Shown here in pieces: positions 29,479 through 38,577 of a stretch of 64,000 bases of DNA (position 1 is its first letter; each line of letters begins with the position of its first letter). Both the position numbers and the translations under genes were made by a program. The notes below the pieces were generated by a model. That model made no database searches. It worked only from the letters and a program-made list of their open reading frames with translations, and was not told where the DNA came from. The stretch covers positions 1 through 64,000 of IMG/VR virus record IMGVR_UViG_3300026521_000003; one strand, 5' to 3'.

Positions 29479-29799
29479 ATGATTCAGGAATTAACAAAAT
29501 CATTATCTAATTCAATACCTTCTATAAACTATACTGAACCACAATTAAATAATATACAAGAAAAATCTTTTAATGAAATACTTGATATTGAGAAAAGTAT
29601 AAATGAAGTTAATGAGTTATTAAAAGAAAAGAATCTAAAAGTTGAGTTAAATAGAGATATTAATATGATACAGATAAAAGAATTTGATGAAACTGGTGAA
29701 ATAGTATTAAAATCTACTCCACCAGAAGAATATATAAAAAGAGTTAAATACTTTAAAGAAAATATTCTTCCTAGTTTATTATTGGATGAAAAGGTTTAA
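29479..29799 (+). CDS. flaG: FlaG family protein
   Basis: INEVNELL...D.TGEIVLKSTPPEEYIK...LLLDEKV, the characteristic FlaG C-terminus. Confidence 0.8.
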   Translation: MIQELTKSLSNSIPSINYTEPQLNNIQEKSFNEILDIEKSINEVNELLKEKNLKVELNRDINMIQIKEFDETGEIVLKSTPPEEYIKRVKYFKENILPSLLLDEKV

Positions 29800-30563
29800 C
29801 TTTTAGACTTTAATTTTTCAAAAGCTAGTTTTTCCGCTTCAACATCTATATTATTAGATAATCTCAATTCGGTTGGGAAAGTATTTTCAATATACGGTGT
29901 TAAAACTGGTGGAACAAACTCTTTCCATTCATCAGATTCATCCATAATAGCTTTTCGGATTTCTGTTCCGCTCATACAAATACTTTCTTTTAGTCTATCA
30001 ACAATATGTATTTGAATAGTATTTTCACCATATTCTTCATTTAGAGCATTAAACCAACTTGCATCATGCTTAGAACCAGCATAGTAATGATTTGGTTTTG
30101 GTAGGTTCATACCATCAATTTTACCAAATACAAAAGAAGCCCAGGCAATTTTAGAAACCGCACCAAGATCTTTAAGCTCTATAATTTTTAATTTAGATTT
30201 TTTACCTGTTACACCAAAAACTTTTTCAATCATCTCTCTACGTTGTTTCGGTGTAAATGGATTATTAATATTGCCACTTTCTTGAATTGAACCTAAACCA
30301 ATAATGACAATATCCATTTCTTTCATCATACGAGAAATCAATTCAAAGTGACCATTATGCATAGGTTGCATTCTCATTACAGCTAATCCAACGTTTGGAA
30401 GCATTTCAATGTTTGTAACCTCTAAATCATCATCTTGATAATCTTCTTTTAATATCTTGATAGCAGCTTGCTCGGAATTTGCTTTCACAGTTTCTATTTC
30501 ATCATATGTAGAATTAAATTCATCTTCATATTTAAAGCTAATAGTGTAGGTATTCATAATCAT
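29796..30563 (-). CDS. Nicotinamide-nucleotide adenylyltransferase (NadM/NMNAT-like)
   Basis: RMQPMHNGH, IGLGS, NPFT...R..MI, SGTEIRK, W..FVP. Confidence 0.85.
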   Translation of the reverse strand: MIMNTYTISFKYEDEFNSTYDEIETVKANSEQAAIKILKEDYQDDDLEVTNIEMLPNVGLAVMRMQPMHNGHFELISRMMKEMDIVIIGLGSIQESGNINNPFTPKQRREMIEKVFGVTGKKSKLKIIELKDLGAVSKIAWASFVFGKIDGMNLPKPNHYYAGSKHDASWFNALNEEYGENTIQIHIVDRLKESICMSGTEIRKAIMDESDEWKEFVPPVLTPYIENTFPTELRLSNNIDVEAEKLAFEKLKSKS

Positions 30564-30625
30564 TCTTTTTCTCCTTAGTTATACTTTTTAACTTTGGTTA
30601 AATACTATAACAGTTTTTTCTTTAT

Positions 30626-30974
30626 GCACCACGCTGAGAAAACCCAATGATCTTTAGCCATTGGGATGAATCAGCAATAATGTTGTTAATTATATCAAAT
30701 TCAATATTAATTTTGTATTAATTTTACATTAAAATAATGTAAAAAGTATATAGATATAAAGTTTAAGGAGATCGGATTGAAATTAAATCGCAACTACAAA
30801 TATAGATTACAACCAAATACCAAACAATCCGATTTCCTTAAACTTTATTTCTTTACTGCAGATCAATCAGAATCTTTGTATCGAGAATGTCAGTTAATTC
30901 TGAAATTCGATGATTGGAGTGCCTCTCGGCACTCCCTTAGAAGCCCAATCGTCTTTAGCGGTTGGGTAGTTCAC
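30626..30974 (+). mobile_element. Internally deleted IS200/IS605-family (IS1341/TnpB) element
   Basis: Preceded by TTTAT. Left hairpin CCCAATG-ATCTTTAGC-CATTGGG, related right hairpin CCCAATCG-TCTTTAG-CGGTTGGG, ends in TTCAC. Contains a tnpB 5' stub. Confidence 0.8.
30777..30974 (+). pseudogene. tnpB: tnpB remnant (N-terminal HTH stub joined to the right end)
   Basis: MKLNRNYKYRLQPNTKQ matches the TnpB N-terminus. No RuvC or zinc finger follows. Confidence 0.75.
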
Positions 30975-30996
30975 TATACTAAATTATACATTAAAA

Positions 30997-31365
30997 TTAT
31001 TTTAACTCACATCTAGAAAGGTGAAATGTAGAACTAGGTATATGTCCTTGTTTTTTATCATATATTTGCCAACCATTAACAGGATCATTAAAGATTTCAT
31101 AAGTTTTAGTATGATAAATACGTATTGCCCCTTGGGGTGATAAACATATTAAAGTGGGATAATCATTTCTAACAAGATTAAGGGCATTTTCTCTAAAATT
31201 TGTTTTTTTAAAGAAATCTAGTTTAATAAATATTACGGAAATAATTAAAATAGGAACAATTATTGCACTCCATATCTTCACTAATATAAAAAAATCTGAA
31301 ATATATATTTTTTTAAGTCTATTTTTAATTAAAGCATATTTATTTTTATTATCTTTGATTGTCAT
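30997..31365 (-). CDS. Hypothetical membrane protein
   Basis: One hydrophobic segment. Confidence 0.55.
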   Translation of the reverse strand: MTIKDNKNKYALIKNRLKKIYISDFFILVKIWSAIIVPILIISVIFIKLDFFKKTNFRENALNLVRNDYPTLICLSPQGAIRIYHTKTYEIFNDPVNGWQIYDKKQGHIPSSTFHLSRCELK

Positions 31366-32588
31366 TATTTTAAAACCTTTAATAATTGTTCTTTAGTATT
31401 TAATTCCGGTTTATCAACTACTATTTTCAGAAGCATATTCAAATGCATTCCAATTTCCGGTCCTTTAAAACCAAGGTTTATCATATCTACACCATTTACT
31501 TTTAGTTGAGTAACTTTATATGGTTCTTCATCAACCGTACCCACCTTATTTTTAAGGGTTTTTAGAGTGATTAAACCGGCTTTATGATTATTCTCCTTAT
31601 TAAGAGTTTTAAACGTGTTTAAAAGTCGTTCACATAACTCGAAATTACCATCTGCTAATCTAAGCAGTGCTTTGACCGTTGCTTGATCTGAAAAATCTCT
31701 CCCCTCAAATCCATCTTGAAATGTAATGAAAAGTGTGTATAACGCTTTATATTCAGAACTCAATTTAAGTGCTTGAATAGACCCTTTCATTTCAAGTAAA
31801 AGTGGTAAGTAATCAAATGTCTTAAATATATCTACGAGTACCATTTTATGAACTTCTTTATCTTTAATAAATCTATGGAATATCCTCATATCATGTAGAG
31901 TATCAATAACAAAGTTTAAAGAATAAGAATCCTTTTTAAGAATTTTGAACATTGAGTTTAGCTCCTGATAAAGCCGTTCTACTGAAACAATAGAGTTATC
32001 ATACGTATAAATAGCTGCATCTAATTGATCTCTTGTTGTAGTAAAACCAAGACTATCAAATCGTGAGAGAAATCTCACAAATCGAATTGAACGAAGATTA
32101 TCTTCTTTAATCCTTTCAGTTGCGTCCCCAACAAATCTGATAATTCTATCATCAGAGTCTTGAATGCCATTAGTAGGATCTTTAAGTTCATTTGTTATAG
32201 GATTATACCCAACTGCATTGATAGTGAAATCTCTACGTTTTGCGTCTTCTTCAAAATTATCAGTAAAAGCAATGGTAGCATTTCTACCATCACAAGATAC
32301 ATCATATCGATACCGTGTTACCTCATATAGTTCTTTACCGATTTTAATAGATACAGTTCCATGCATTTCGCCAGTTGGGATGACAGTTTTAAATAATTTA
32401 TTAGTTATTTCTATTGGACAATTTGTTGCAAAATCAATATCTTTTGGACTAATACCAAGATATAAATCTCTAACAGGTCCACCAACTATAAGACATTCAT
32501 AGCCTGCATCCATAAAAGTTTTAGTAATAAAAAGTGTATCTGATTTAAAAGGCTCTGGAAGTTGATCAAAATATCGTTTAAAATTCAT
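31365..32588 (-). CDS. cca: tRNA nucleotidyltransferase (CCA-adding/poly(A) polymerase family)
   Basis: VGGPVRD...DIDFAT, EDAKRRDFTINA, EDNLRSIRFVRF. Confidence 0.9.
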   Translation of the reverse strand: MNFKRYFDQLPEPFKSDTLFITKTFMDAGYECLIVGGPVRDLYLGISPKDIDFATNCPIEITNKLFKTVIPTGEMHGTVSIKIGKELYEVTRYRYDVSCDGRNATIAFTDNFEEDAKRRDFTINAVGYNPITNELKDPTNGIQDSDDRIIRFVGDATERIKEDNLRSIRFVRFLSRFDSLGFTTTRDQLDAAIYTYDNSIVSVERLYQELNSMFKILKKDSYSLNFVIDTLHDMRIFHRFIKDKEVHKMVLVDIFKTFDYLPLLLEMKGSIQALKLSSEYKALYTLFITFQDGFEGRDFSDQATVKALLRLADGNFELCERLLNTFKTLNKENNHKAGLITLKTLKNKVGTVDEEPYKVTQLKVNGVDMINLGFKGPEIGMHLNMLLKIVVDKPELNTKEQLLKVLK

Positions 32589-32703
32589 TATCTTCCTTTA
32601 ATATATCAATTAATATATTATATTGATTCTATACTTAAAACTACTTAAAAAATTGATATTGGGGCATAAATAATTATATAGTTTAAAAATATAGGATTTA
32701 CAA

Positions 32704-33593
32704 ATGAATTTTAAAAAATTTAGAACACAATTTTTTGATACTTTTAACTTTGAAATTGATGGAAGATTACATTATGTATATAGAATTACAGAAATCGATA
32801 CAAATATGTCATATATTGGATCTAGAACATGTAATAGGTCTATCCACGATGCATATACTACATGCACCAATGATTTAAAATCTTATGGTACATCATCATA
32901 TAGAAAAGAATTTATAAAAGCAAACTTAGATAAATTTAAATTCAAGATATTACGAATTTTTGATAATTCGGTTGACAAAATATTATTTGAATCATTTATA
33001 CATCAGAAATTTGACGTTAAACATAATAATAAATTTTGGAATAAATCAAATCACACACCTAATGGTTGTGATACTACTGGAAGACAATTTACTCATAGTG
33101 AAGACCATATTAAAAAGAGAACTGAATCGAGATCAAAAACGATGTTGGAAGTTGGTGAAGATGGATTAAATAGGTATCAGAGAGCAAGTATAAAAGCAAA
33201 TAAAACAAAATTAAAGAAAGATAAGAATGGGTTAAGTCAATATCAGAAATTAGCTAAGAAAGCTTGGACGACAAAAAAGAAAAAGGATTTAAATTTACTT
33301 CAAAAAATAATCCACGTTTAAATACAATAATAATTATGAATGATAATGATGAAATTATTGAGATTATTGAAAGCTCATTTACTACTTTCTGCAAAGAACA
33401 TAAATACCCTATGAATGCGTTTAGGAAATCATATATTGCTAAAGGCAAAAAAATATATATTGATTTAGATAATGGTAATTTAAAGAAAATGAAAGATACT
33501 TTTGAGTATAATACATTTAAAGGGTGGTACGCTATAAAATATATAGATCTTTCCGATGAATTAATTAAAAAAGTAAAGGAGTTTAAAAGGTGA
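32704..33593 (+). CDS. GIY-YIG (Seg-like) homing endonuclease in two overlapping frames (32704-33321, 33264-33593)
   Basis: YVYRIT...SYIGSR, Y.TSS, E..., FWNK. The frames join at A AAA AAG (33273-33279). Confidence 0.75.
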
Positions 33594-33964
33594 AATTTTT
33601 AGTAGTAGATGATTCATCAACAATGAGACGAATTATAAAGAATACAATTATAAGATTGGGGTATAAAAAAGAAAATTTATTTGAGGCAGAAGATGGCGAA
33701 GTAGCATTAAATTTATTTAGAGAAAAAGGGAATGATTTTTTTGGGATAATTTTAACAGATATAAACATGCCGAATAAAAATGGATATGATTTAATAAAAG
33801 AAGTAAGAAAATTGGATGAGAATATACCAATCGTAACTATCTCAACAGAGGGTGGAAAATCTGAAGTTTTGAAAGCTTTAAAACTTGGTTCGACAAATTA
33901 CATCGTTAAACCGTTTACACCACAAGTACTTAAAGAAAAATTAAAAGATATACTTGGAGAATAA
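33590..33964 (+). CDS. cheY: Chemotaxis response regulator CheY
   Basis: VVDDSSTMRRIIKNT, TDINMP (phospho-Asp), TEGGK, NYIVKPFTPQVLKEKL, closely matching Campylobacterota CheY as I recall it. Confidence 0.92.
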   Translation: MKFLVVDDSSTMRRIIKNTIIRLGYKKENLFEAEDGEVALNLFREKGNDFFGIILTDINMPNKNGYDLIKEVRKLDENIPIVTISTEGGKSEVLKALKLGSTNYIVKPFTPQVLKEKLKDILGE

Positions 33965-34525
33965 TTAAATTTCTCTCAAGTATTTTTTTTCTAGTAATTT
34001 TAATAATCCAAATTCAAAACCTTGAAAATCACCAAATTCAATAAATTCATTTTCTTTTCTAATTTCATTCATTAAATTAACTTCTATTTCTAACTCTTCA
34101 TCTACACCATCTTTAATAGGCATAATCATTGTAAAAGGATTAATAGTGTTATCACGAATAAATTTTGTACATCTACTAATTTTCCAAACTGGAAAATTGT
34201 CTGATTCTTCATCGATTTCAAAATACAGATAGCTATGTTCTAAACCATCATCTTCTTCATAAAATTCATTGAATGCAACTGTAAATGGAGTATCTTCTGG
34301 GAATCCCTCCATTCTTTTCAACATATCATCTAACTCTATATTTGAATCTAATTTCCAATCACGTTTAAAATAATCAAGGGGTATTTCTTGTTCGATATTT
34401 AAACCTGCTAAACAAATGATAAATTTATCTTCAATCTTGATAGGTGATATTACATAATTAAATAATCTCTTATGTCTAAATACTTTACCTATCGCATCTT
34501 CCATCTTAAATAAGTTCGGTTCCAC
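33965..34525 (-). CDS. Hypothetical protein
   Basis: 186-aa ORF. Confidence 0.55.
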   Translation of the reverse strand: MEPNLFKMEDAIGKVFRHKRLFNYVISPIKIEDKFIICLAGLNIEQEIPLDYFKRDWKLDSNIELDDMLKRMEGFPEDTPFTVAFNEFYEEDDGLEHSYLYFEIDEESDNFPVWKISRCTKFIRDNTINPFTMIMPIKDGVDEELEIEVNLMNEIRKENEFIEFGDFQGFEFGLLKLLEKKYLREI

Positions 34526-34526
34526 C

Positions 34527-35510
34527 TTAATTTTTCTCGCTATCTATTCGTTTTTGTTCTCTATTTGAATCTTTAAATGACCATTCATCATATAGATGAC
34601 TTTTCATACCACGAGACTTAATTCGATTAACTGGCATATCATAATATTTCTTAACTAAATGATCAATGAATTCATCGACTGCTGTCATATCATCCCCAAA
34701 CCCCTCACCTTTTTGAGCCATTTCTTCCATTACTTTTTGTTCAGTTGCTAAAAAAGATAGCATTTCATGTTGAACAAATGATGGATTAATACCTAACTGT
34801 TCGAGCCATTCTTGATTTGGTTCATTAATATGATGAATTTGTCTACAACTTCTTAAAGACTGATAAAAACATCTACGTAAATTGTAATCAATATCTGCCT
34901 TTTCCATATCAACTTCATCCCAGTTTTCTAATCCAAAGGTTTCAACAATATCATCATATGCATCTTGATACATACCTATTTCTTTAATAGCCTGTTCTAC
35001 ATGAACTCTACCATCCACCATTTTAGATTTTATTTCTTCAATATCAATATCTATACGTTCTAAATCTAATTGTCTGTAATCTTCTGTTGGATATTTTGTA
35101 CCCTCTCCTACTTCAGCGGCTAAAATTTCATCTCTGCGTAGTAGTTTACGTTTTAAATCATTCTGTTGCTTTAATAGTCTAAATTGAGATTCTGATAATG
35201 CACCCCTTTTAGATTCTATCTGTGCATGTATCTGACGTATATTTCTTTCTGGAGTTGCTTCAGATAGAGTAAGTCCCAATGAAACTAATTGAGTATTTGT
35301 TTTAGAAAACGCATTTAATCCTCTATTTATTTCAGTCATACGTTCCGCTATTTTATTCATTTTAGCATCATCAATAGTAACCATGGAAAAGTCTTCTGAC
35401 CCCGCGCGTGTTGTTATTGTATGAAATTCAGAACTTGTAAATTTTTCTAATAGATTATTTTCAGATGTTGTAAGATTTGAAGTAGTATCTTTTTTTATAA
35501 TATCACTCAT
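34527..35510 (-). CDS. Hypothetical coiled-coil protein
   Basis: 327-aa helical ORF with AAGGA RBS. Confidence 0.65.
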   Translation of the reverse strand: MSDIIKKDTTSNLTTSENNLLEKFTSSEFHTITTRAGSEDFSMVTIDDAKMNKIAERMTEINRGLNAFSKTNTQLVSLGLTLSEATPERNIRQIHAQIESKRGALSESQFRLLKQQNDLKRKLLRRDEILAAEVGEGTKYPTEDYRQLDLERIDIDIEEIKSKMVDGRVHVEQAIKEIGMYQDAYDDIVETFGLENWDEVDMEKADIDYNLRRCFYQSLRSCRQIHHINEPNQEWLEQLGINPSFVQHEMLSFLATEQKVMEEMAQKGEGFGDDMTAVDEFIDHLVKKYYDMPVNRIKSRGMKSHLYDEWSFKDSNREQKRIDSEKN

Positions 35511-35596
35511 TTATTCCTTTCCTTTTATTTAATTTTTATTATATTTTACAAAAAATAAAAGGAAAGTACCGGGAGAAAAGATGATTAATTAATAAA

Positions 35597-36316
35597 TTAA
35601 TTTCCTCTTTGGTTATCGTATTTATAAGTTTCTTTAACTATTTTATTAATTCTTTCTTCTCTTTCTATAATTTCATTGATTTTTTCAATTCCATTTGAAA
35701 GATCAGCTCTCATTTTAGTTTCATTAGATAAAAGTTTTGACGATAATTTATCCATTTTATCTTTATATGATTTTGTGAGTTTTTTTGATTCATCACGCAA
35801 ATTCCATTCATTTGCTAAATAATATAAAACAGTTTGAGCAACAACTTTACTATCTGCTAAATCATCCTCAATATCAATTACATTCCCACGAATATTATTT
35901 CTTAATATAGATTTCGCATTTATTTTTTTAATTGTTTTATAAGCTTCTTTGTATGGTTTTACATCTTCACTTGTAAAGTTTTTTTGTGAACGGTCATCTG
36001 CATCATCAGGTGATACTATTGGAGTACCGTCTTCATTTACTTGTCCAGGATTATTTTCAATACGCAATTTATCCCCAGTCCCACCAATTTCATAAGCAGG
36101 TGCATTATATGCTCCTTCTTCTCTTGGTCCATTTATAGCCTCTATAAAATTATCATCAACTGGTTGTATATCAAATTCCTGTACTGATGAAATCATATCA
36201 TCTGGAAGTTCTACAACATTCCATCCAGATATATCTCCACCAAGTGCAATATCATCACCTTGCGGAGTAGTTCCACCTATCGTTTCAATATCATTTGTTT
36301 TAAATATTCCTACCAT
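35597..36316 (-). CDS. RBP partner / putative tail-fibre assembly protein 1
   Basis: Shares the D.EDDL.D.K motif with the other partner genes. Confidence 0.55.
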   Translation of the reverse strand: MVGIFKTNDIETIGGTTPQGDDIALGGDISGWNVVELPDDMISSVQEFDIQPVDDNFIEAINGPREEGAYNAPAYEIGGTGDKLRIENNPGQVNEDGTPIVSPDDADDRSQKNFTSEDVKPYKEAYKTIKKINAKSILRNNIRGNVIDIEDDLADSKVVAQTVLYYLANEWNLRDESKKLTKSYKDKMDKLSSKLLSNETKMRADLSNGIEKINEIIEREERINKIVKETYKYDNQRGN

Positions 36317-36325
36317 TATTTCCTC

Positions 36326-37945
36326 CTAGTTACCTGAATTAGCATCAAAATGATGTAAATGATACGACATATTACCAAAATAAGATGCATTTTGAGGTGT
36401 AGATGTGTTATATTTTCTAATTTGTCTCCAACCACACCAACCATATCCCCATCCACCAGCAACAGTTATAGACGTTCCATTTCCTGATGAAGCCGAATGT
36501 GAAAAATAATTTCCTATATTCCCAAAATATGATGAATTACTAGGACTTGCAATAGTAATAACTTCAATTGACCCTTTTGGATTCCACCATCCACCAAAGA
36601 TAAAACCTTTGATACCATCAGTATTACCAACATTACACCATCTGTGCCATCTTAATCCACCAAAATAAGTTCCATTTGAAGGTGTCGATATAGTGATATA
36701 GTCCATATCTTTTGATACACCCCACCACCACCAATGTTGTCTACCACCGGCATTTACACCTTTAGTACCATCAGTAATATGTGTTTGTGACCATTTTCTA
36801 GCTCTATACGCCGTACCAAAATTCTTTGAATTTGAAGGAGTAGTAATTGTTACATATTCAATATCTGATCTAGCTGACCACCAACTATTCCATCCTCCCG
36901 AAAATACACCTCTTACACCATCAGAAACACCTTGTGCACCTACAGCTCTCCAAGTAGCATTTCCAAAATATTGTCCATTACCTGGGGTAGCAAATGTAAC
37001 ATATTCATAAGTAGAAGACCATTGATGACCCGGCCAACCACCAGTATGCCATAAACCTCTATTTCCACCAGTTACACCAATCGGCGAAAGAGTCATTTGT
37101 CTTGGAGCTCCAAAAAATTTAGCATTCATAGGAGTACTTATCTGCACATAAGTATATTCATTAGGACCTTGACCACATTTCCACCCTCTAGACATAACCA
37201 TTCTATCACCTTGGAAACCTTTAACAATACGTCCTAATTTTACAGCATTATTAACATCATATACTAATTGTCCAAATTTTGCATTTGAACTATCAAATTT
37301 ACCAATACTACGCTTAACAACAGCAGTTCCCGTAGATTTATTCAATATGATAACACCTGTTGGTATTTTTGAAACATCATCCTCATTAGAATTAACTGTA
37401 TAGATAAATGAATCTTTAGTAATATGATATTGCCCTCTATCACCAAGATAAATAGATCGATCTCTAATATAAAGGGTTTTAAATCTTAATGAAAACGAAC
37501 CAAGGTCAAACATTTCATTTCTTGATGGAGTGATATTACCAGAAGTTGAAAATTTTTCTTCAACTGTTAATGCGCCACTAATTGTACCACCAGATTTATC
37601 AAATTTATCATCTAAATTTACATATCCTAGTACCCAATCTTTGATTTCTTGAATACTTTTCCCACCTATTTTACTAACATTAAAACCCCAATCAGTACCA
37701 TTAAATAACTTTAAAGTATTTGTTGATGTATCAAACCACATTTGACCAGGTAATGGATTTTCAGGTTCATCTTCACTTGCTAAATTTTCAAGTATTTTAA
37801 TAAAATTCTGGTTTAAATCTTCAATATATGATTCCGCACCCCTACCTATTAATGCAGTTGATACGACATCTTTTAAGATTTCTTTTGAACTAATATCAGC
37901 TATTACTTCATTTTGAGTATTCTTAACTGTAATTACGGTTGTCAT
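36326..37945 (-). CDS. Receptor-binding/tail fibre protein 1 (repeat propeller-like C-terminus)
   Basis: Shared N-terminal LIG...NF.K.LEN.A...P.GQ.W adaptor; repeats of YVTI.TP.N...FG. Confidence 0.7.
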   Translation of the reverse strand: MTTVITVKNTQNEVIADISSKEILKDVVSTALIGRGAESYIEDLNQNFIKILENLASEDEPENPLPGQMWFDTSTNTLKLFNGTDWGFNVSKIGGKSIQEIKDWVLGYVNLDDKFDKSGGTISGALTVEEKFSTSGNITPSRNEMFDLGSFSLRFKTLYIRDRSIYLGDRGQYHITKDSFIYTVNSNEDDVSKIPTGVIILNKSTGTAVVKRSIGKFDSSNAKFGQLVYDVNNAVKLGRIVKGFQGDRMVMSRGWKCGQGPNEYTYVQISTPMNAKFFGAPRQMTLSPIGVTGGNRGLWHTGGWPGHQWSSTYEYVTFATPGNGQYFGNATWRAVGAQGVSDGVRGVFSGGWNSWWSARSDIEYVTITTPSNSKNFGTAYRARKWSQTHITDGTKGVNAGGRQHWWWWGVSKDMDYITISTPSNGTYFGGLRWHRWCNVGNTDGIKGFIFGGWWNPKGSIEVITIASPSNSSYFGNIGNYFSHSASSGNGTSITVAGGWGYGWCGWRQIRKYNTSTPQNASYFGNMSYHLHHFDANSGN

Positions 37946-37960
37946 CTTTTCTCCTCTCCC

Positions 37961-38566
37961 TTATAGTTTCTTAGTTAAATAATAGTTATCTACTATTTTA
38001 GCTATTTCTACTTCTAAGTCTACAATTTCTTCTATTTTTTCTAAATCATTTTCAATAGTTGATAACGAATTTATACTACCTGAAATAGCTTCTTGAATTG
38101 AAGGAAAAATATCTTTGAATTTACTTTTAGATTTTTCATTCTCATCTTTATCATTCCAATCATCAACCACAAAAACCATTAAAGATTGAACTAATTTTTT
38201 AAGATCCACTAAATCATCTTCAACATCCTTCATTTCTCGTACTTTTGCACGAGTTACAAGTTTCAATTTAATATTATTTATAAAGGTTTTGGCAACTTCC
38301 ATATCACTTTTATCTTTTTCAGATAAATTAAAATTTGTAGATTCTGGCGCACCATCATCTTCTTCTACTTGCGTTGATAATAATTTTAAACCATTTGCTA
38401 CAATAGTATCAACTACAATAAAATCAAATTCTTTATAATTATGAATTTTCTCCATTGGACAATCTGCTAAATTCCAGCCTTCATAATATGCTAACCCTAT
38501 TTCAATTCCCCGAGGGTGAACTCCACCAACTCCAGGAATAATATTTTCTTTATAAATTACATACAT
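37961..38566 (-). CDS. RBP partner / putative tail-fibre assembly protein 2
   Basis: IYKEN.IP.VGGV.P.GIEIG and KDVEDDLVDLK. Confidence 0.55.
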   Translation of the reverse strand: MYVIYKENIIPGVGGVHPRGIEIGLAYYEGWNLADCPMEKIHNYKEFDFIVVDTIVANGLKLLSTQVEEDDGAPESTNFNLSEKDKSDMEVAKTFINNIKLKLVTRAKVREMKDVEDDLVDLKKLVQSLMVFVVDDWNDKDENEKSKSKFKDIFPSIQEAISGSINSLSTIENDLEKIEEIVDLEVEIAKIVDNYYLTKKL

Positions 38567-38577
38567 CTTATATCTCC

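Noticed and set aside
32635-32659. sigma28 promoter for the GIY-YIG/cheY unit
   Set aside because: The -10 (ATTGATAT) lacks CCGAT and the spacing is wrong; a late-like CATAAATA at 32665 is at least as plausible.
27158-33964. Host chromosome fragment or prophage boundary explaining dnaJ, flagellin and cheY
   Set aside because: The genes are not in bacterial operon context (no dnaK, fliD or cheA), are interleaved with a Seg-like endonuclease and phage-type hypotheticals, and show no visible composition break. Read-level checking is still advisable.
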